From positions 1,897 to 65,896 of the forward strand of contig DVNQ01000044.1 in NCBI GenBank assembly GCA_018714245.1: a stretch of 64,000 nt of DNA, given 5' to 3'. The notes beneath the pieces were generated by a model. It had not been told where the DNA came from. It made no database searches and was given only the letters and a program-made list of their open reading frames with translations. Shown piece by piece: positions 18,519 through 29,243 of the stretch (the stretch's first letter is position 1; each line of letters begins with the position of its first letter). This stretch comes from Candidatus Avilachnospira avicola (GTDB taxonomy: Bacteria; Bacillota; Clostridia; Lachnospirales; Lachnospiraceae). A program made the translations under genes and the position numbers.

Positions 18519-19958
18519 TTAATATGTATCAAGAGGCGGCTTCACTTCGTCGGGCAGAGGACATACATATCTGCCTCCGTTTCTCTTTTCAAGCTCTGCC
18601 CTGGCTTCGGTTATCAGATCCAGCCTTTCCATGGTCCTTACCGAGCTTAAGGCCAGCACCTTAGCCGCATTTATCATGCCCTTATGGCCTATGGAGCTTG
18701 CGGCCTGGGCAGTCATCTGCCAGGTATGGGCTACATTTCCGATGCAGGCACATGCCATGTTAAGATTGAGGGTGGGTACCGCTGCAGCCACATCTCCCAC
18801 ATCAGTGGAGCCTGCCTGAAGCTTTATGTCAGCCGGATCAAAGGCATGGACCTCCGGATCAAGAGGCCTTTCCATGAGCTCGGCAACTCTCTCTTCCCCG
18901 TAGAGCTCAGCCATCTTTCTTCGGATCTCAGCCTGAACCTCCTCTCCATAGCTCTCTTCGAAGCTCTTTGCAAGGTTCATGTCAGCCTCGTCCCAATCCG
19001 GTGCCCCTATCTCCGAAAGACATTCATCCATGATCTTTGCCAGAGTATTGTTGGGTATATATTCCGTAAATGCCATGGCAAGCTCACAGTCATATTCCGT
19101 ACCGGTCATTATGGACGCACCTCTGGCTACCTCCCTTACCCTCTCAAAGATATCCTTTACCTGAGCCACATAGGGAGCCCGTACCTCGTATCTTACCACT
19201 GCATGGTCCTGTACCACGTTCGGTGCAGTCCCGCCGGAATCGATATATGCATAGCTTATCCTTGCTTCGGGTATGATGTGCTCCCTGAGATAATTGCAGC
19301 CCACACTCATGAGCTCGCAGGCATCCAGGGCACTCCTTCCAAGATAGGGAGTAGCCCCTGCATGGGATGAGAGGCCCCGGAAGGTAAAGTTTCCTCCCAT
19401 GATCGCATTGGAATGCACGGCCTCAACTGCATTTATGGAAGCAGGGTGCCAGGTATATACAAAGTCCACTTCATCAAAGGCGCCAGCCCTAGCCATGAAT
19501 TGCTTGGAGCCTGCTCCTTCCTCTGCCGGACATCCAAAGTAGATCACTGTCCCGTTTTTACCGGTTTCCTTAAGATAGGCAGCCACCGCTGCAGCTGCCG
19601 CCATTGAACCGGCACCAAGAAGGCAATGGCCGCAGCCATGCCCGGCATTTTTGCCAAGAGATCTTTTTTCCGGCAGGGAAGCCTCCTGAGAAAGACCTGA
19701 AAGGGCATCATATTCTCCCAGTATGCCCAGGACCGGCTTTCCCGTTCCAAAGCTTGCCCTGGCAGAAAATGCAGTAGGTATCCCTGCTATGCCTTCGGTG
19801 ATCTCAAATCCTAACTCCCTAAGCCTGCTGATAAGGAGCCTGCAGGAGCCGTACTCATGAAATGCCAGCTCTGAAAGCTCCCATATCTCATCACTTACAT
19901 CTATGAACTCAGATGCATGAGCATCTATCCAGCCTTCTATCCATTTTCTGTCATCCAT
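18519..19958 (-). CDS. M20-family amidohydrolase (AbgB / aminobenzoyl-glutamate hydrolase-like)
   Basis: 479 aa with M20 metal-site context (GHGCGHCLLG, FGCPAEEGAGSKQ). It is the last gene of the SBP-permease operon. Confidence 0.85.
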   Translation of the reverse strand: MDDRKWIEGWIDAHASEFIDVSDEIWELSELAFHEYGSCRLLISRLRELGFEITEGIAGIPTAFSARASFGTGKPVLGILGEYDALSGLSQEASLPEKRSLGKNAGHGCGHCLLGAGSMAAAAAVAAYLKETGKNGTVIYFGCPAEEGAGSKQFMARAGAFDEVDFVYTWHPASINAVEAVHSNAIMGGNFTFRGLSSHAGATPYLGRSALDACELMSVGCNYLREHIIPEARISYAYIDSGGTAPNVVQDHAVVRYEVRAPYVAQVKDIFERVREVARGASIMTGTEYDCELAMAFTEYIPNNTLAKIMDECLSEIGAPDWDEADMNLAKSFEESYGEEVQAEIRRKMAELYGEERVAELMERPLDPEVHAFDPADIKLQAGSTDVGDVAAAVPTLNLNMACACIGNVAHTWQMTAQAASSIGHKGMINAAKVLALSSVRTMERLDLITEARAELEKRNGGRYVCPLPDEVKPPLDTY

Positions 19959-20004
19959 AAATCCTCTCCTTATATATTAATCCGTAAAGCATAAGCGGAT
20001 ACTT

Positions 20005-20667
20005 TCAGGCTTCTCCTACCCTGAGCCTGGCCTCGAACCTGTTCATGATCTCAGTAAGTACCGTAGTCAGCAGAAGGTATATCATGCCGGCTATAAGTAT
20101 GGATTCGATAGGCCTGTATGTGGCTGACAGCACGGTCCTGTAGGAGGTGGTCAGTTCGTTTATGAAAAATACCGACGCAAGGGACACCTGCTTTATCATA
20201 TTGATGAATTCGTTGCCGAGGGCGGGAAGTATGTTCTTTATCGCCTGGGGAAGTATCACATAACGCATGGCTATGCCCCTGCGCAGCCCCAGGGATCTCG
20301 CTGCCTCCTCCTGTCCCCGGTCCACAGCCTGTATCCCGGCCCGGATGATCTCCGATACATAGGCGCTGGAATTGACTATGAGCGCAGTAACTATGCAGGC
20401 CGTATCCGACAGATCTATCGGGATCACCCTCGGAAGGAATATCCAGAAGAAATAGAGCTGAAGGAGTATGGGAGTCCCCCGTAGGATCCATACATAAGCC
20501 TTTACAAAGGCCTCCGGAAACTTAAGGCCTGAAAGCCGGAGAAGTGCCAGCAGAACTCCGATCAAGGTGCCTGCCACCACGGTGACGGCTGCAAGCCACA
20601 GGGTCCCGATAAGCCCGTTGGCATAGACATATCCGTATTTTCCTATAATGTCAAAAAATGTTCCCAC
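20005..20667 (-). CDS. Amino-acid ABC transporter permease (HisM/GlnP type)
   Basis: 220 aa with the EAA-loop region EEAARSLGLRRGIAMRYVILPQA. GTG start. Confidence 0.9.
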   Translation of the reverse strand: MGTFFDIIGKYGYVYANGLIGTLWLAAVTVVAGTLIGVLLALLRLSGLKFPEAFVKAYVWILRGTPILLQLYFFWIFLPRVIPIDLSDTACIVTALIVNSSAYVSEIIRAGIQAVDRGQEEAARSLGLRRGIAMRYVILPQAIKNILPALGNEFINMIKQVSLASVFFINELTTSYRTVLSATYRPIESILIAGMIYLLLTTVLTEIMNRFEARLRVGEA

Positions 20668-20688
20668 GTTTCAGTCAGCCTCTTTTCC

Positions 20689-21576
20689 TTATACTCCCAG
20701 GGATGCGGCAAGCTCAGAGTATTCATCATACCATTCTTCAAATATACCTGTTTCTATCACTTCATCCAGTATGGAATTGACCTCATCAAGGAGCCTGGTC
20801 TCACCCTTCTGCATGCATATCCTGGTGCCCTGCAGTTCCTTGTCCACCTCAAATTCAATATAGGGGGAGATGCTCATGCCGCAGTCAGGATTTGCCTTAA
20901 GATAAAGCTCCGCCGGCTTTATGGCAGTTATGCAGCAGTCAGCCTTCCCTTCCTGTACCATAAGATATCCGTCTGTGGTTGCCGATACGAACTTGAGCTC
21001 TCCGCAGCCCTCGGGAAGCTCAGATGCAAATATCTCCTGGATGGATCCGCTCTGCACTACCACAGTCTTGTCCTTAAGGTCTTCCTTGGTTTTTATGCCT
21101 TCAATAAGCTCATCGCTTACAAGTATGCCGTACAGGGCCTCGTCAGTACCATAAAAATAACCCTTTGACATCTCCATGGCCTCTGCCCTTGCAGGTGTAT
21201 AGGCAAGTCCCGATATGGCCATGTCATATTTTCCTTCTGTCACGCTGCTCAGTACTGCGGCAAATTCCAGAGGGATGATCCTGCATTCAACGCCAAGCTT
21301 ATCTGCTATATATTTTGCCAGCTCGACATCTGCTCCCACGTACATCTCATCTCCGGTCTTTCCGGGATCAATGAATTCAAAAGGGGCCAGATAGGGCTCC
21401 ATGGCGACCTCAAGATATCCCCTTTCCTTTATCTCCTCAAGCCGACTGCCTCCCTCCTGGGCGGCAGTCTCCGTTTCCTTCATCCCGGCTGCCTGAGCTG
21501 AGCTGCTGCAGCCGCACATAAGGGCTGCGGATGCAGCCAGGGCAAGGAACATATATGTAAATGATCTTGATTTCAT
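20689..21576 (-). CDS. Amino-acid ABC transporter substrate-binding lipoprotein
   Basis: Signal peptide with lipobox (LMCGC) and a family-3 SBP-like body. AGGAGG RBS. Confidence 0.88.
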   Translation of the reverse strand: MKSRSFTYMFLALAASAALMCGCSSSAQAAGMKETETAAQEGGSRLEEIKERGYLEVAMEPYLAPFEFIDPGKTGDEMYVGADVELAKYIADKLGVECRIIPLEFAAVLSSVTEGKYDMAISGLAYTPARAEAMEMSKGYFYGTDEALYGILVSDELIEGIKTKEDLKDKTVVVQSGSIQEIFASELPEGCGELKFVSATTDGYLMVQEGKADCCITAIKPAELYLKANPDCGMSISPYIEFEVDKELQGTRICMQKGETRLLDEVNSILDEVIETGIFEEWYDEYSELAASLGV

Positions 21577-21686
21577 GGGATCCTCCTGTTTTCTTGTACT
21601 ATCACTTTACCATGCTACTAAGATAAAATGAATTATAGTGTACTTCCTCAACCTTTTCAACCGTTTTTTTGTTTTTTTACGGATAC

Positions 21687-21734
21687 AAAAGGAGGGAAAC
21701 CCTGCCGGCAGATACCGGTAAAGAGTTTCCCTCC
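21687..21734 (-). terminator. Rho-independent terminator after recJ
   Basis: The minus strand reads GGAGGGAAAC...GTTTCCCTCC followed by TTTT. The stem arms are at 21691-21700 and 21725-21734. Confidence 0.65.
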
Positions 21735-21754
21735 TTTTGAGGCATGGAGCAATC

Positions 21755-23518
21755 TTACCTTATATCAAGGACTGAAAGCTGTATCTCACGCCTCCCGTTA
21801 TATTCATTTATCTGCGGAGAATATAGCACGGAAACCGATCCGTCCCTATCCTCTATCTTTCTTTTCAGCTCCTCTGCATCTCCGAACATAATGGCATTCA
21901 TCGGAGTCCTTCCCTTTTCCCTCAGAGAAAATCTCAGCACGTTTTTATTCTTCCCGAGGATCCTTAAATCATATGCCATAAGGTCCTTTTCGGCAAAAAG
22001 GGGCCTGGGGTTTCCGTTTCCAAAGGGTGCCAGCCCTGAAAGCTCAGTTATAAGCCCTTCGGTAACATAGCTTATCGGCATCGGGGCATCTATCCATATC
22101 TTCTCACAGAGGTCCTCGGGCCTCAGGCCGCAGTCTGCATTAAGCCTCAGTCTCAGTTCTGCTATGTCGGCAGTCCTTATGCTGAGTCCTGCCGCCATGG
22201 GATGCCCTCCGAACCTTAGCAGGATATCCTGTTCCCGCTGCAGGCCTTCAAACATGTGATAGCTCTCCACCGATCTTCCGCTGCCCTTGGATATGCCCTC
22301 CGTATCCGTAGCCGTGATCACAAAAGCAGGCTTTCCGAAATGCTCCCGAAGCCTTCCTGCCACTATCCCCGCAAGAGACTCATGAAGCCAGGGAAGTTCA
22401 ACTACTATGACCAGGTCTTCGGGGAAATCCCGTTCCACGGCCCTGATGGCTTCCTCCACTCCCCTTTCGGTCATGGCCTTCCTTTCTTCATTAAGATCCT
22501 TCAGATGCCATGCCAGTCTCCTGGCTTCTTCTTCGTCCTCTGAAAGGAAAAGCTCCAGCGCCCCGAGGGCAGTCTCAAGCCTTCCGCTGGCATTTATGCA
22601 GGGGCCTATTATGAATCCCACATGGTAGGCAGTTATCTCCTTATCCTCTATCCCGCAGGCCTTTATAAGCTCCTTAAGCCCGATCGGAATCTCCGGATAT
22701 CCCATGTCATTATCAGTCTTTTTCTCTGAGGCTTTTCTCAGGCCGGAATTTATGGCTTTAAGGCCTTCCTTCACTATGATCCTGTTTTCTCCGGTAAGGG
22801 GCATCACATCCCCTACGGTGGCTATGGCTGCAAATGGCAGAAGGCGAAGCCAGCCCATCCTCAGCTGTTCATCGTCGGAAAGAAGGAGCTCTGCAAGCTT
22901 CCAGGCTACTACAGCCCCGCATATGTCCCTGGTTTCATACTCAGAAGATAAACGTTTTGGATCCACTGCAGCATCACACTCAGGTATCAGCTCCCGTCCC
23001 TCATCATCGGTACGTATATCATGATGATCCGTGATTATGATACTGAGGCCCTTTTCCTTCGCCAGCTTAAGCTCCTCAAAGGCGGCTATGCCGTTATCCA
23101 CTGTCAGGATAAGATCTACCCCGTCAGAAACCGCTTCCTCGATGATCCTATGATTTATCCCATATCCATCCCTTATGCGTTCCGGGATCACATAATCCAC
23201 CTTTGCCGAAAGCATCCTGAGACAACTGTAAATGATAAAGGCCGCACAGACTCCGTCTATGTCATAGTCCCCGACTATCCTTATACTTAATCCCTCAGAT
23301 ATGCCCTTCCTGATCAGGGCGACTGCGGCACCGATATCGGGAAGCTTCCCGGCATCAAAAAGATCGTCAATGCCGCCGTAAAGAAAGAGCCTCAGGGACT
23401 CATCATCTGTTATGTCCCTGTTTCTCAGCACCCTTGCCGTCACCGGATCTATACCGTACCTTTCGGCTATCCCCCTGAAATCTGCCCGCTTGGTATGGAT
23501 ATACCAGCTTTTTTCCAT
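21755..23518 (-). CDS. recJ: Single-stranded-DNA-specific exonuclease RecJ
   Basis: DHH family motifs (VGDYDIDG, ITDHHD) and DHHA1 GGHPMAAG; 587 aa. Confidence 0.94.
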   Translation of the reverse strand: MEKSWYIHTKRADFRGIAERYGIDPVTARVLRNRDITDDESLRLFLYGGIDDLFDAGKLPDIGAAVALIRKGISEGLSIRIVGDYDIDGVCAAFIIYSCLRMLSAKVDYVIPERIRDGYGINHRIIEEAVSDGVDLILTVDNGIAAFEELKLAKEKGLSIIITDHHDIRTDDEGRELIPECDAAVDPKRLSSEYETRDICGAVVAWKLAELLLSDDEQLRMGWLRLLPFAAIATVGDVMPLTGENRIIVKEGLKAINSGLRKASEKKTDNDMGYPEIPIGLKELIKACGIEDKEITAYHVGFIIGPCINASGRLETALGALELFLSEDEEEARRLAWHLKDLNEERKAMTERGVEEAIRAVERDFPEDLVIVVELPWLHESLAGIVAGRLREHFGKPAFVITATDTEGISKGSGRSVESYHMFEGLQREQDILLRFGGHPMAAGLSIRTADIAELRLRLNADCGLRPEDLCEKIWIDAPMPISYVTEGLITELSGLAPFGNGNPRPLFAEKDLMAYDLRILGKNKNVLRFSLREKGRTPMNAIMFGDAEELKRKIEDRDGSVSVLYSPQINEYNGRREIQLSVLDIR

Positions 23519-24594
23519 CAGGCCTTACCGTTATAAAGCTTCTTTGCAGCCTTTTCTATGTCAGCTATAAGCTTCTCAACTGCCTCTCCCTCAGTAGCCC
23601 AGGAAGTGCAGATCCTGACTGCGGTCTTATCCTCTCCGACAGGCGCCTGCACGCTGAAAGTATACCTTTTTGACAGCTTCTTAAGGAGCTTATTGGGGAA
23701 GATAAAGAACTGCTGGTTGGTGGGGCTGTCGCAGTAAAGCTCAAATCCCAGCTCACTTATGCCCTGCTTCAGCCTCATGGCCAGCATATCTGCATGGGTC
23801 GCAAGCTCAAAATAAAGCTGCCTGCCCGTTTCATCCTTTTCAAGCAGTGCCTCAAACTGTATGCCGAGGAGCCTGCCCTTTGCAAGCATGCCGCCCTTCT
23901 GCTTTATATAATATCTGAAGTCCTTATGATCCACTCTGCTGTTGAATACCACAGCCTCTCCAAAGAGCGCGCCCTGCTTGGTACCTCCTATGTAAAAGAC
24001 ATCCGTCAGCTCATATATATCCTTTATGTCCATGTCGGAAGCCGGTGACATCAGGCCATACCCAAGCCTTGCTCCATCAAGGAAAAGGTACATGTCATAT
24101 TTCCTGCATACCTTGCTTATGGCCTTCAGCTCATCCTTTGAATAAAGGGTACCCGTCTCAGTCGCATATGAGATATATACTGCCTTCGGTTTTACCATGT
24201 GCTCGAAGGTATCATCAGCCCAGTAGGCCTTGACATAGGCCTTTATCTCATCTGCACGGAGCTTTCCATCATGGTTCTTAAGCGTAATGACCTTATGTCC
24301 CTGAGCCTCTATGGCTCCTGATTCATGAACTGCTATATGTCCGGTATCTGCGCTGATCACTCCCTCATGGGGCCTCAGAAGATAGCTCAATATGGTCATG
24401 TTGGTCTGTGTCCCTCCCACAAGGAACTGGACATAGGCCCTTTCATCGCCTACCATATCCCTGATGATCCCGGCAGCTGCCTTGCAGTGAGGGTCCTCTC
24501 CGTATCCGACGGTCTGTTCCATATTTGAGTCCATCATCTTTTTCAGTATGCTTTCATGGGCCCCTTCCAGATAGTCACAATTGAACATGGTCAT
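23518..24594 (-). CDS. Threonine aldolase-like / beta-eliminating lyase family PLP enzyme
   Basis: 358 aa. An MFNCDYLEGAHESIL-type N-terminus, GGTQTNM, and a GGTKQG putative PLP-lysine segment. Its stop overlaps the recJ start (ATGA). Confidence 0.8.
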   Translation of the reverse strand: MTMFNCDYLEGAHESILKKMMDSNMEQTVGYGEDPHCKAAAGIIRDMVGDERAYVQFLVGGTQTNMTILSYLLRPHEGVISADTGHIAVHESGAIEAQGHKVITLKNHDGKLRADEIKAYVKAYWADDTFEHMVKPKAVYISYATETGTLYSKDELKAISKVCRKYDMYLFLDGARLGYGLMSPASDMDIKDIYELTDVFYIGGTKQGALFGEAVVFNSRVDHKDFRYYIKQKGGMLAKGRLLGIQFEALLEKDETGRQLYFELATHADMLAMRLKQGISELGFELYCDSPTNQQFFIFPNKLLKKLSKRYTFSVQAPVGEDKTAVRICTSWATEGEAVEKLIADIEKAAKKLYNGKA

Positions 24595-24733
24595 GGTCTT
24601 TATTCTCCTTCTCCTGACTTCATTTTTATTGATCCGGTTTGAAAATCCCTGTAATTATATCACACTGTCCGTCACTCTTATAGCATGCGGCATACATTTT
24701 TGTTTTTTTTCCTATACCCTATGAGTAAAGTAT

Positions 24734-24762
24734 TTGACATAATTTTTTTACGGTGATATAGT
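24734..24762 (+). promoter_or_regulatory. Near-consensus sigma-A promoter for the cold-shock gene
   Basis: TTGACA-17 nt-TATAGT with a TGn extended -10 (GTGATATAGT). The 5' UTR is about 45 nt and contains a CTATGT/ACATAG hairpin. Confidence 0.65.
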
Positions 24763-24815
24763 TGCCTTGGTCTATGTAGGACATAGGCCCTTAGTTTTTC
24801 AGGAGGTAAAAAATA

Positions 24816-25013
24816 ATGAAAGGAACTGTCAAGTGGTTTAACAACCAGAAGGGCTACGGCTTCATCTCTGATGAGAGCGGAAAGGACATCTTCGTTCATT
24901 ACTCCGGGCTTAACATGGAGGGCTTCAAGACTCTCGATGAGGGCCAGCAGGTTGAATTCGATGTCGTAGAAGGAGCCAAGGGACCCCAGGCAACAAATGT
25001 GACTAAGTTATGA
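24816..25013 (+). CDS. Cold-shock protein (CspA family)
   Basis: [17 protein letters not shown]...DIFVHYS carries the RNP1/RNP2 motifs; 65 aa; AGGAGG RBS. Confidence 0.97.
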   Translation: MKGTVKWFNNQKGYGFISDESGKDIFVHYSGLNMEGFKTLDEGQQVEFDVVEGAKGPQATNVTKL

Positions 25014-25161
25014 TCTCTCTTTTTTAAGTTCCTTTCATTTCGTACGATAGATAGCGCGGTCTGATACGATACGTTATTTAGATTGTAGATTGAATAGAAG
25101 TTATCAAAGACGCTTCAGGATACCTTATGGCATCTTACAGGTTGTGGCTTAATGCATGAAG

Positions 25162-25193
25162 AAAGACAGCGGAACGATCCGCTGTCTTTTTTT
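25162..25193. terminator. Bidirectional rho-independent terminator
   Basis: AAAGACAGCGG-AACGAT-CCGCTGTCTTTTTTT. It serves the cold-shock gene (+) and the SEC-C gene (-). Confidence 0.75.
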
Positions 25194-25224
25194 GTCTGTC
25201 TTTGCTTTTTCCGGCGATAAACGG

Positions 25225-25740
25225 TCAGGCCACATTCCTGCCGCAGCACTTCTTATACTTCTTTCCTGATCCGCAGGGACAGGGATCATTGGGATATATC
25301 TTCCTTCCCTCACGCCTTACGGTCCCGGCTGCCTTGCACTTGTGATAAAGCTCTTCCCTCTTTTCCTTTGAGAGGATATCCTCCCACTGGGGAAGCTGAT
25401 AGAGCCAGGTGGCCTTTGCATCGACCATGTTGTAATAAAGCTTTTCGGGATCGATCTCTATCTTTACGACCGTATCCTCATCCATGGTCTCGATAGGGTT
25501 CTCATAGCCCTTGAGGGATTCGTTGATCCCGTCAAGAAAGCCGGTAATGAGATCGATGTCCGTATCATACTTTTCCGCAAGCTCCTTTACACTGCACTCG
25601 ATCACCTTTCCGGGATCGCTGAGCAGGTCCTCATATATGTTCTTTTCCTTGAGGAAATATCTCTCCCAGAGCTTCTGCTGGGCCTTCTTATCTTTATTGT
25701 CAGCGTATGCTTCGTCTCTCCAGTTTTCAAGTAATGTCAT
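25225..25740 (-). CDS. SEC-C motif domain protein
   Basis: The C-terminal [14 protein letters not shown] metal-binding motif is diagnostic. The rest has no family I recognise. Confidence 0.75.
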   Translation of the reverse strand: MTLLENWRDEAYADNKDKKAQQKLWERYFLKEKNIYEDLLSDPGKVIECSVKELAEKYDTDIDLITGFLDGINESLKGYENPIETMDEDTVVKIEIDPEKLYYNMVDAKATWLYQLPQWEDILSKEKREELYHKCKAAGTVRREGRKIYPNDPCPCGSGKKYKKCCGRNVA

Positions 25741-25821
25741 TTTTTATCTCACTCCTATATCTATTGCATCTTTTCGGATAAACCTAAGTATATCGTTTTA
25801 GCCCCTTTGTTGCAAGCCCTC

Positions 25822-26670
25822 TTAAAGAAGATCCCTGTTGGCGGCTTCAAAAACATGCTTTGCAAGCACTGCCGTAGTGACCGGGCCTATGCCTCCCGGT
25901 ACCGGAGTCATGGCCGAGGCCTTAAGGCTGCAGTCATCATAGTCCACATCTCCGCAGAGCCTTCCGTCCTTATCGGTATTTATGCCTACGTCAATGACTA
26001 TCGCCGATCTTTTTATATAGTCCGAGGTAATGAATCTGGGCCTTCCGATGGCTGAGATCAGTATGTCAGCCCTTTTTGTGATCTTCTGCAGGTCTCTGGT
26101 CTTTGAGTGGCAGACCGTGACCGTGGCATCCTCCGAAAGCAGCAGCATGGAAAGGGGCTTTCCCACCACGCTGGACCTTCCGAGGATCACTACCTCCTTT
26201 CCGGAAAGCTCTATATGATAATACTTAAGGAGCTCGATCACTGCCTGTGCGGTGCAGGGAGCAAAGCAGTCTGAGCCAAAGTAAAGGCCTGCGGCATTTA
26301 CCGGGCTGGCTCCGTCCACATCCTTCTCACTGTCTATACAGCTTATAATGAATCCTTCATTGAGCTGCGGCGGAAGCGGCCTCATAAGAAGTATGCCGTC
26401 CACGCTCTTGTCCTCATTTACAGCATTGAAGGCCCTCTGAAAAACATTGTCACTTACATCTTCAGGAAAGGTTATGGCCTCACCTTCCATACCATATTCA
26501 CGGATACGCCTGAGGGCATTTTTCTCATAGCTCAGATCCTCAGGGCGTTCTCCGCATCTTATTATCGCAAGCTTTGGCTTTCTGCCGAGCATGCTTTCCA
26601 CCGGACCAAGCTTTTCCCTGATCTCCGCACCTATGGCATCAGAAACGGCCCTGCCTGTCAGTTCTCTCAT
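25822..26670 (-). CDS. folD: Bifunctional methylenetetrahydrofolate dehydrogenase/cyclohydrolase
   Basis: GRSSVVGKPL and PGGIGPVT motifs; 282 aa. Confidence 0.94.
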   Translation of the reverse strand: MRELTGRAVSDAIGAEIREKLGPVESMLGRKPKLAIIRCGERPEDLSYEKNALRRIREYGMEGEAITFPEDVSDNVFQRAFNAVNEDKSVDGILLMRPLPPQLNEGFIISCIDSEKDVDGASPVNAAGLYFGSDCFAPCTAQAVIELLKYYHIELSGKEVVILGRSSVVGKPLSMLLLSEDATVTVCHSKTRDLQKITKRADILISAIGRPRFITSDYIKRSAIVIDVGINTDKDGRLCGDVDYDDCSLKASAMTPVPGGIGPVTTAVLAKHVFEAANRDLL

Positions 26671-29243
26671 ATCTCCGTAAAAACCTCCGTCTCTTTTTTT
26701 TCATCCTCGGTCGACTGCAAAAGTATCTGTTCTGCCCTGCTTTTCTGCCATCTTTTTATATAGACTGCAAGAAGCAGGATAAGGAGCGATGATACCGAGA
26801 TCATTGCTCCGGGCACAAGCCCCTTCGGCATATATCTTAATTCTATCACATGCTCTCCCAAAGGAACAGATATGCACAGAAAAGCTCCAAAGGCCTTTTC
26901 AGTTTCCACCGGCCTTCCGTCCACTGTCACGCTCCAGCCCTCATCATAGGGTATGCCAAGGAAGAGCCTTCCCTCTTTTTCTCCCATGGAGAGCATATCC
27001 TGGGTGACCGTGACGCTGCCTCTTATCCTGTCGTCCTCCCATATATCAGTATGCATGGATCCGGGACTCAGCTTTTCATACACCTTCTTAAGGGCATCAT
27101 AATCAAAGCGATATACCTCTACCTCCATGTCCTGTCCCCTGGTCTCCGAGGTTATGCTGATGGAATCTCCGCGGCTGCAATCCCCGAGTTCCAGAAGATA
27201 GCCCCTGTCCGTGTTATTGAAGGTCTTCTTGCGATCAGGCCAAAGTACTGTTGCATCCCTTACGCCCTGATTTTTTATCAGCGCATAATACTCTCCGTCC
27301 TCCGTAATGGTCACGGCATAGCTTTCCCCGTCAGTATTTCCGGGCATTCCGTTCTGTACCAGCACCTGGGGGACTCCCAGCATGTCACAGATGGAGTTCT
27401 GTACCATGACCGGATTTCCGAGCTCCATGATCCAATCCTCATCCATGCCGGAAAGCAGCACATATCCCAGCGGAAGGACATAATTATATTCATAAAGGTA
27501 GCTGTCTCCATGGCTCTCTATGAAATGCTTTCCCTCTCCGTCCTCCTGGGGAGCATTATATATGTCATAACGGACTGAAAGCAGCATGTCTATGAGCGGT
27601 GTCGATCCGTTGATGCCATAGGCATTTGTGGAACCCTCACACCCTACGGCCCGGAAAAAGTCGGTGCAGTCCGCATTTGCAAGAGAGGAGAAGAGCGATA
27701 CCGAAGGGAAATTGAGCCAGGCTCCGTCATTTCTCGTCTTTCTGCCCTCTCTCTCCACTCTGAAAAACTCAGAGCTGGGGAAAAGGCTCTCGGTCAGCAG
27801 CCTGATGTCCTCATTGTCCTTTACATAACTTTCCCTGCTGGTAGTGGTCATGCCGGTGACTGCGGTATTTCCCGAAGCCTCAATGCACACAAGGCAAAGG
27901 GCAAGAAAGCCTGCGATCCTTTTGGATATGCCATGCTTCATGAAGGCATAGAATATCCCGACATAAAGAGAGATCAGTATGAGCGCTGCATAATAGGAGA
28001 TAAAGCTTATGCCCTGCTCCGAAGAAGCCGAATGCTGACATAGGAGCACGAAAGTGAAAGCTATGGAAAAAGCAGTAAGCAGCTCCCTTCGTCTTACGTA
28101 TCTTCTCTTCACATAGACCCTAAAGCAGCACACAAGTATAAGGAACACATATATGTATGACTGTCTTGCCGGAAGGGAATTTGGATAATGGAAGCCATGC
28201 CAGATGAAATTCAGCACGTTTATGGAAAATCCCATCAGCATGAATATGATAAGCACCGTATATACTGCTTTTTCTCTTCCCCTTATCCTCCTGTTCATAA
28301 GATAAAGAGGGAAAAGGAAAAGCACTGCCGTACCACAGTATATATTGGGCCAGTGGTCCAGGGCCTGCTCCGTTTCAACTCCGGGAAGATGCCTTGCAAA
28401 CATATCAATGATCGAAAAATATTCATTGAAACTCTCAGGGAAATTGATATCCGCAGAGGCAGTATAGCTCATAGCTGCGATCTCCGGAAGGAGCAGCACT
28501 GCCGCAAGCCCGCCTGATAAAAGGCTGTAGAAGGCAAACCTTCCGATCCTGGTAAGTATCTCCCTTCGGCCGCTTACTCCTCTCAGCACAAACAGAGCCG
28601 CAAAGTACACGCACAGGAACATGCAGGTCATGATGGAGATATAATAATTGGAAAGTATGCTGATACCGAGGGCCAGGGTATAAAGCACTCCGCTGCCCTC
28701 ATCAAAAAGCCTCTCAAGACCCAGCATGATAAGGGGGAAGAGCACGATGCAGTCCAGCCACATGATATCCCAGTAATATGCGCACATATAGCCTGAGAGT
28801 GCATAAAAGACCGCAAACATGAGTATGCCCTTATCAGCATATCTGCTGTGGGCCCTCAGATAATAGGCCATGCTCACACCGCAGAGCCCGAACTTTATGA
28901 CCACCATGAGCATTATGAATTCTATCACATAAGACTCAGGGCAAAGTATGACCAGCCAGTTCAGGGGACTGGCAAGATAATAGGCATAAAGCGCCACGAA
29001 ATTGACTCCCATGCCCACATTCCAGCTGTAAAGCAGGGAGCCTCCCTCCGAAAGCTTATGCCTGAACTCAGACATAAACGGAGCATACTGGTGATACATG
29101 TCAGTACGAAGGAAACATTCTTCTCCGAAGGGATATACACCCCCGGCTATCAGTATTATCGTGACTATGGTGACCGGTATGATAAAGGCCCAGAAGTAGA
29201 GATATTTATTTTTTCCTGAATATAAAAAGCTTGCTGGCGACAT
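26667..29243 (-). CDS. YfhO-family membrane glycosyltransferase (GT-C like)
   Basis: 858 aa with about 14 N-terminal TM helices and a large extracytoplasmic C-terminal domain ending in a final TM. Typical YfhO architecture. Overlaps folD by 4 nt. Confidence 0.85.
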   Translation of the reverse strand: MSPASFLYSGKNKYLYFWAFIIPVTIVTIILIAGGVYPFGEECFLRTDMYHQYAPFMSEFRHKLSEGGSLLYSWNVGMGVNFVALYAYYLASPLNWLVILCPESYVIEFIMLMVVIKFGLCGVSMAYYLRAHSRYADKGILMFAVFYALSGYMCAYYWDIMWLDCIVLFPLIMLGLERLFDEGSGVLYTLALGISILSNYYISIMTCMFLCVYFAALFVLRGVSGRREILTRIGRFAFYSLLSGGLAAVLLLPEIAAMSYTASADINFPESFNEYFSIIDMFARHLPGVETEQALDHWPNIYCGTAVLFLFPLYLMNRRIRGREKAVYTVLIIFMLMGFSINVLNFIWHGFHYPNSLPARQSYIYVFLILVCCFRVYVKRRYVRRRELLTAFSIAFTFVLLCQHSASSEQGISFISYYAALILISLYVGIFYAFMKHGISKRIAGFLALCLVCIEASGNTAVTGMTTTSRESYVKDNEDIRLLTESLFPSSEFFRVEREGRKTRNDGAWLNFPSVSLFSSLANADCTDFFRAVGCEGSTNAYGINGSTPLIDMLLSVRYDIYNAPQEDGEGKHFIESHGDSYLYEYNYVLPLGYVLLSGMDEDWIMELGNPVMVQNSICDMLGVPQVLVQNGMPGNTDGESYAVTITEDGEYYALIKNQGVRDATVLWPDRKKTFNNTDRGYLLELGDCSRGDSISITSETRGQDMEVEVYRFDYDALKKVYEKLSPGSMHTDIWEDDRIRGSVTVTQDMLSMGEKEGRLFLGIPYDEGWSVTVDGRPVETEKAFGAFLCISVPLGEHVIELRYMPKGLVPGAMISVSSLLILLLAVYIKRWQKSRAEQILLQSTEDEKKETEVFTEI

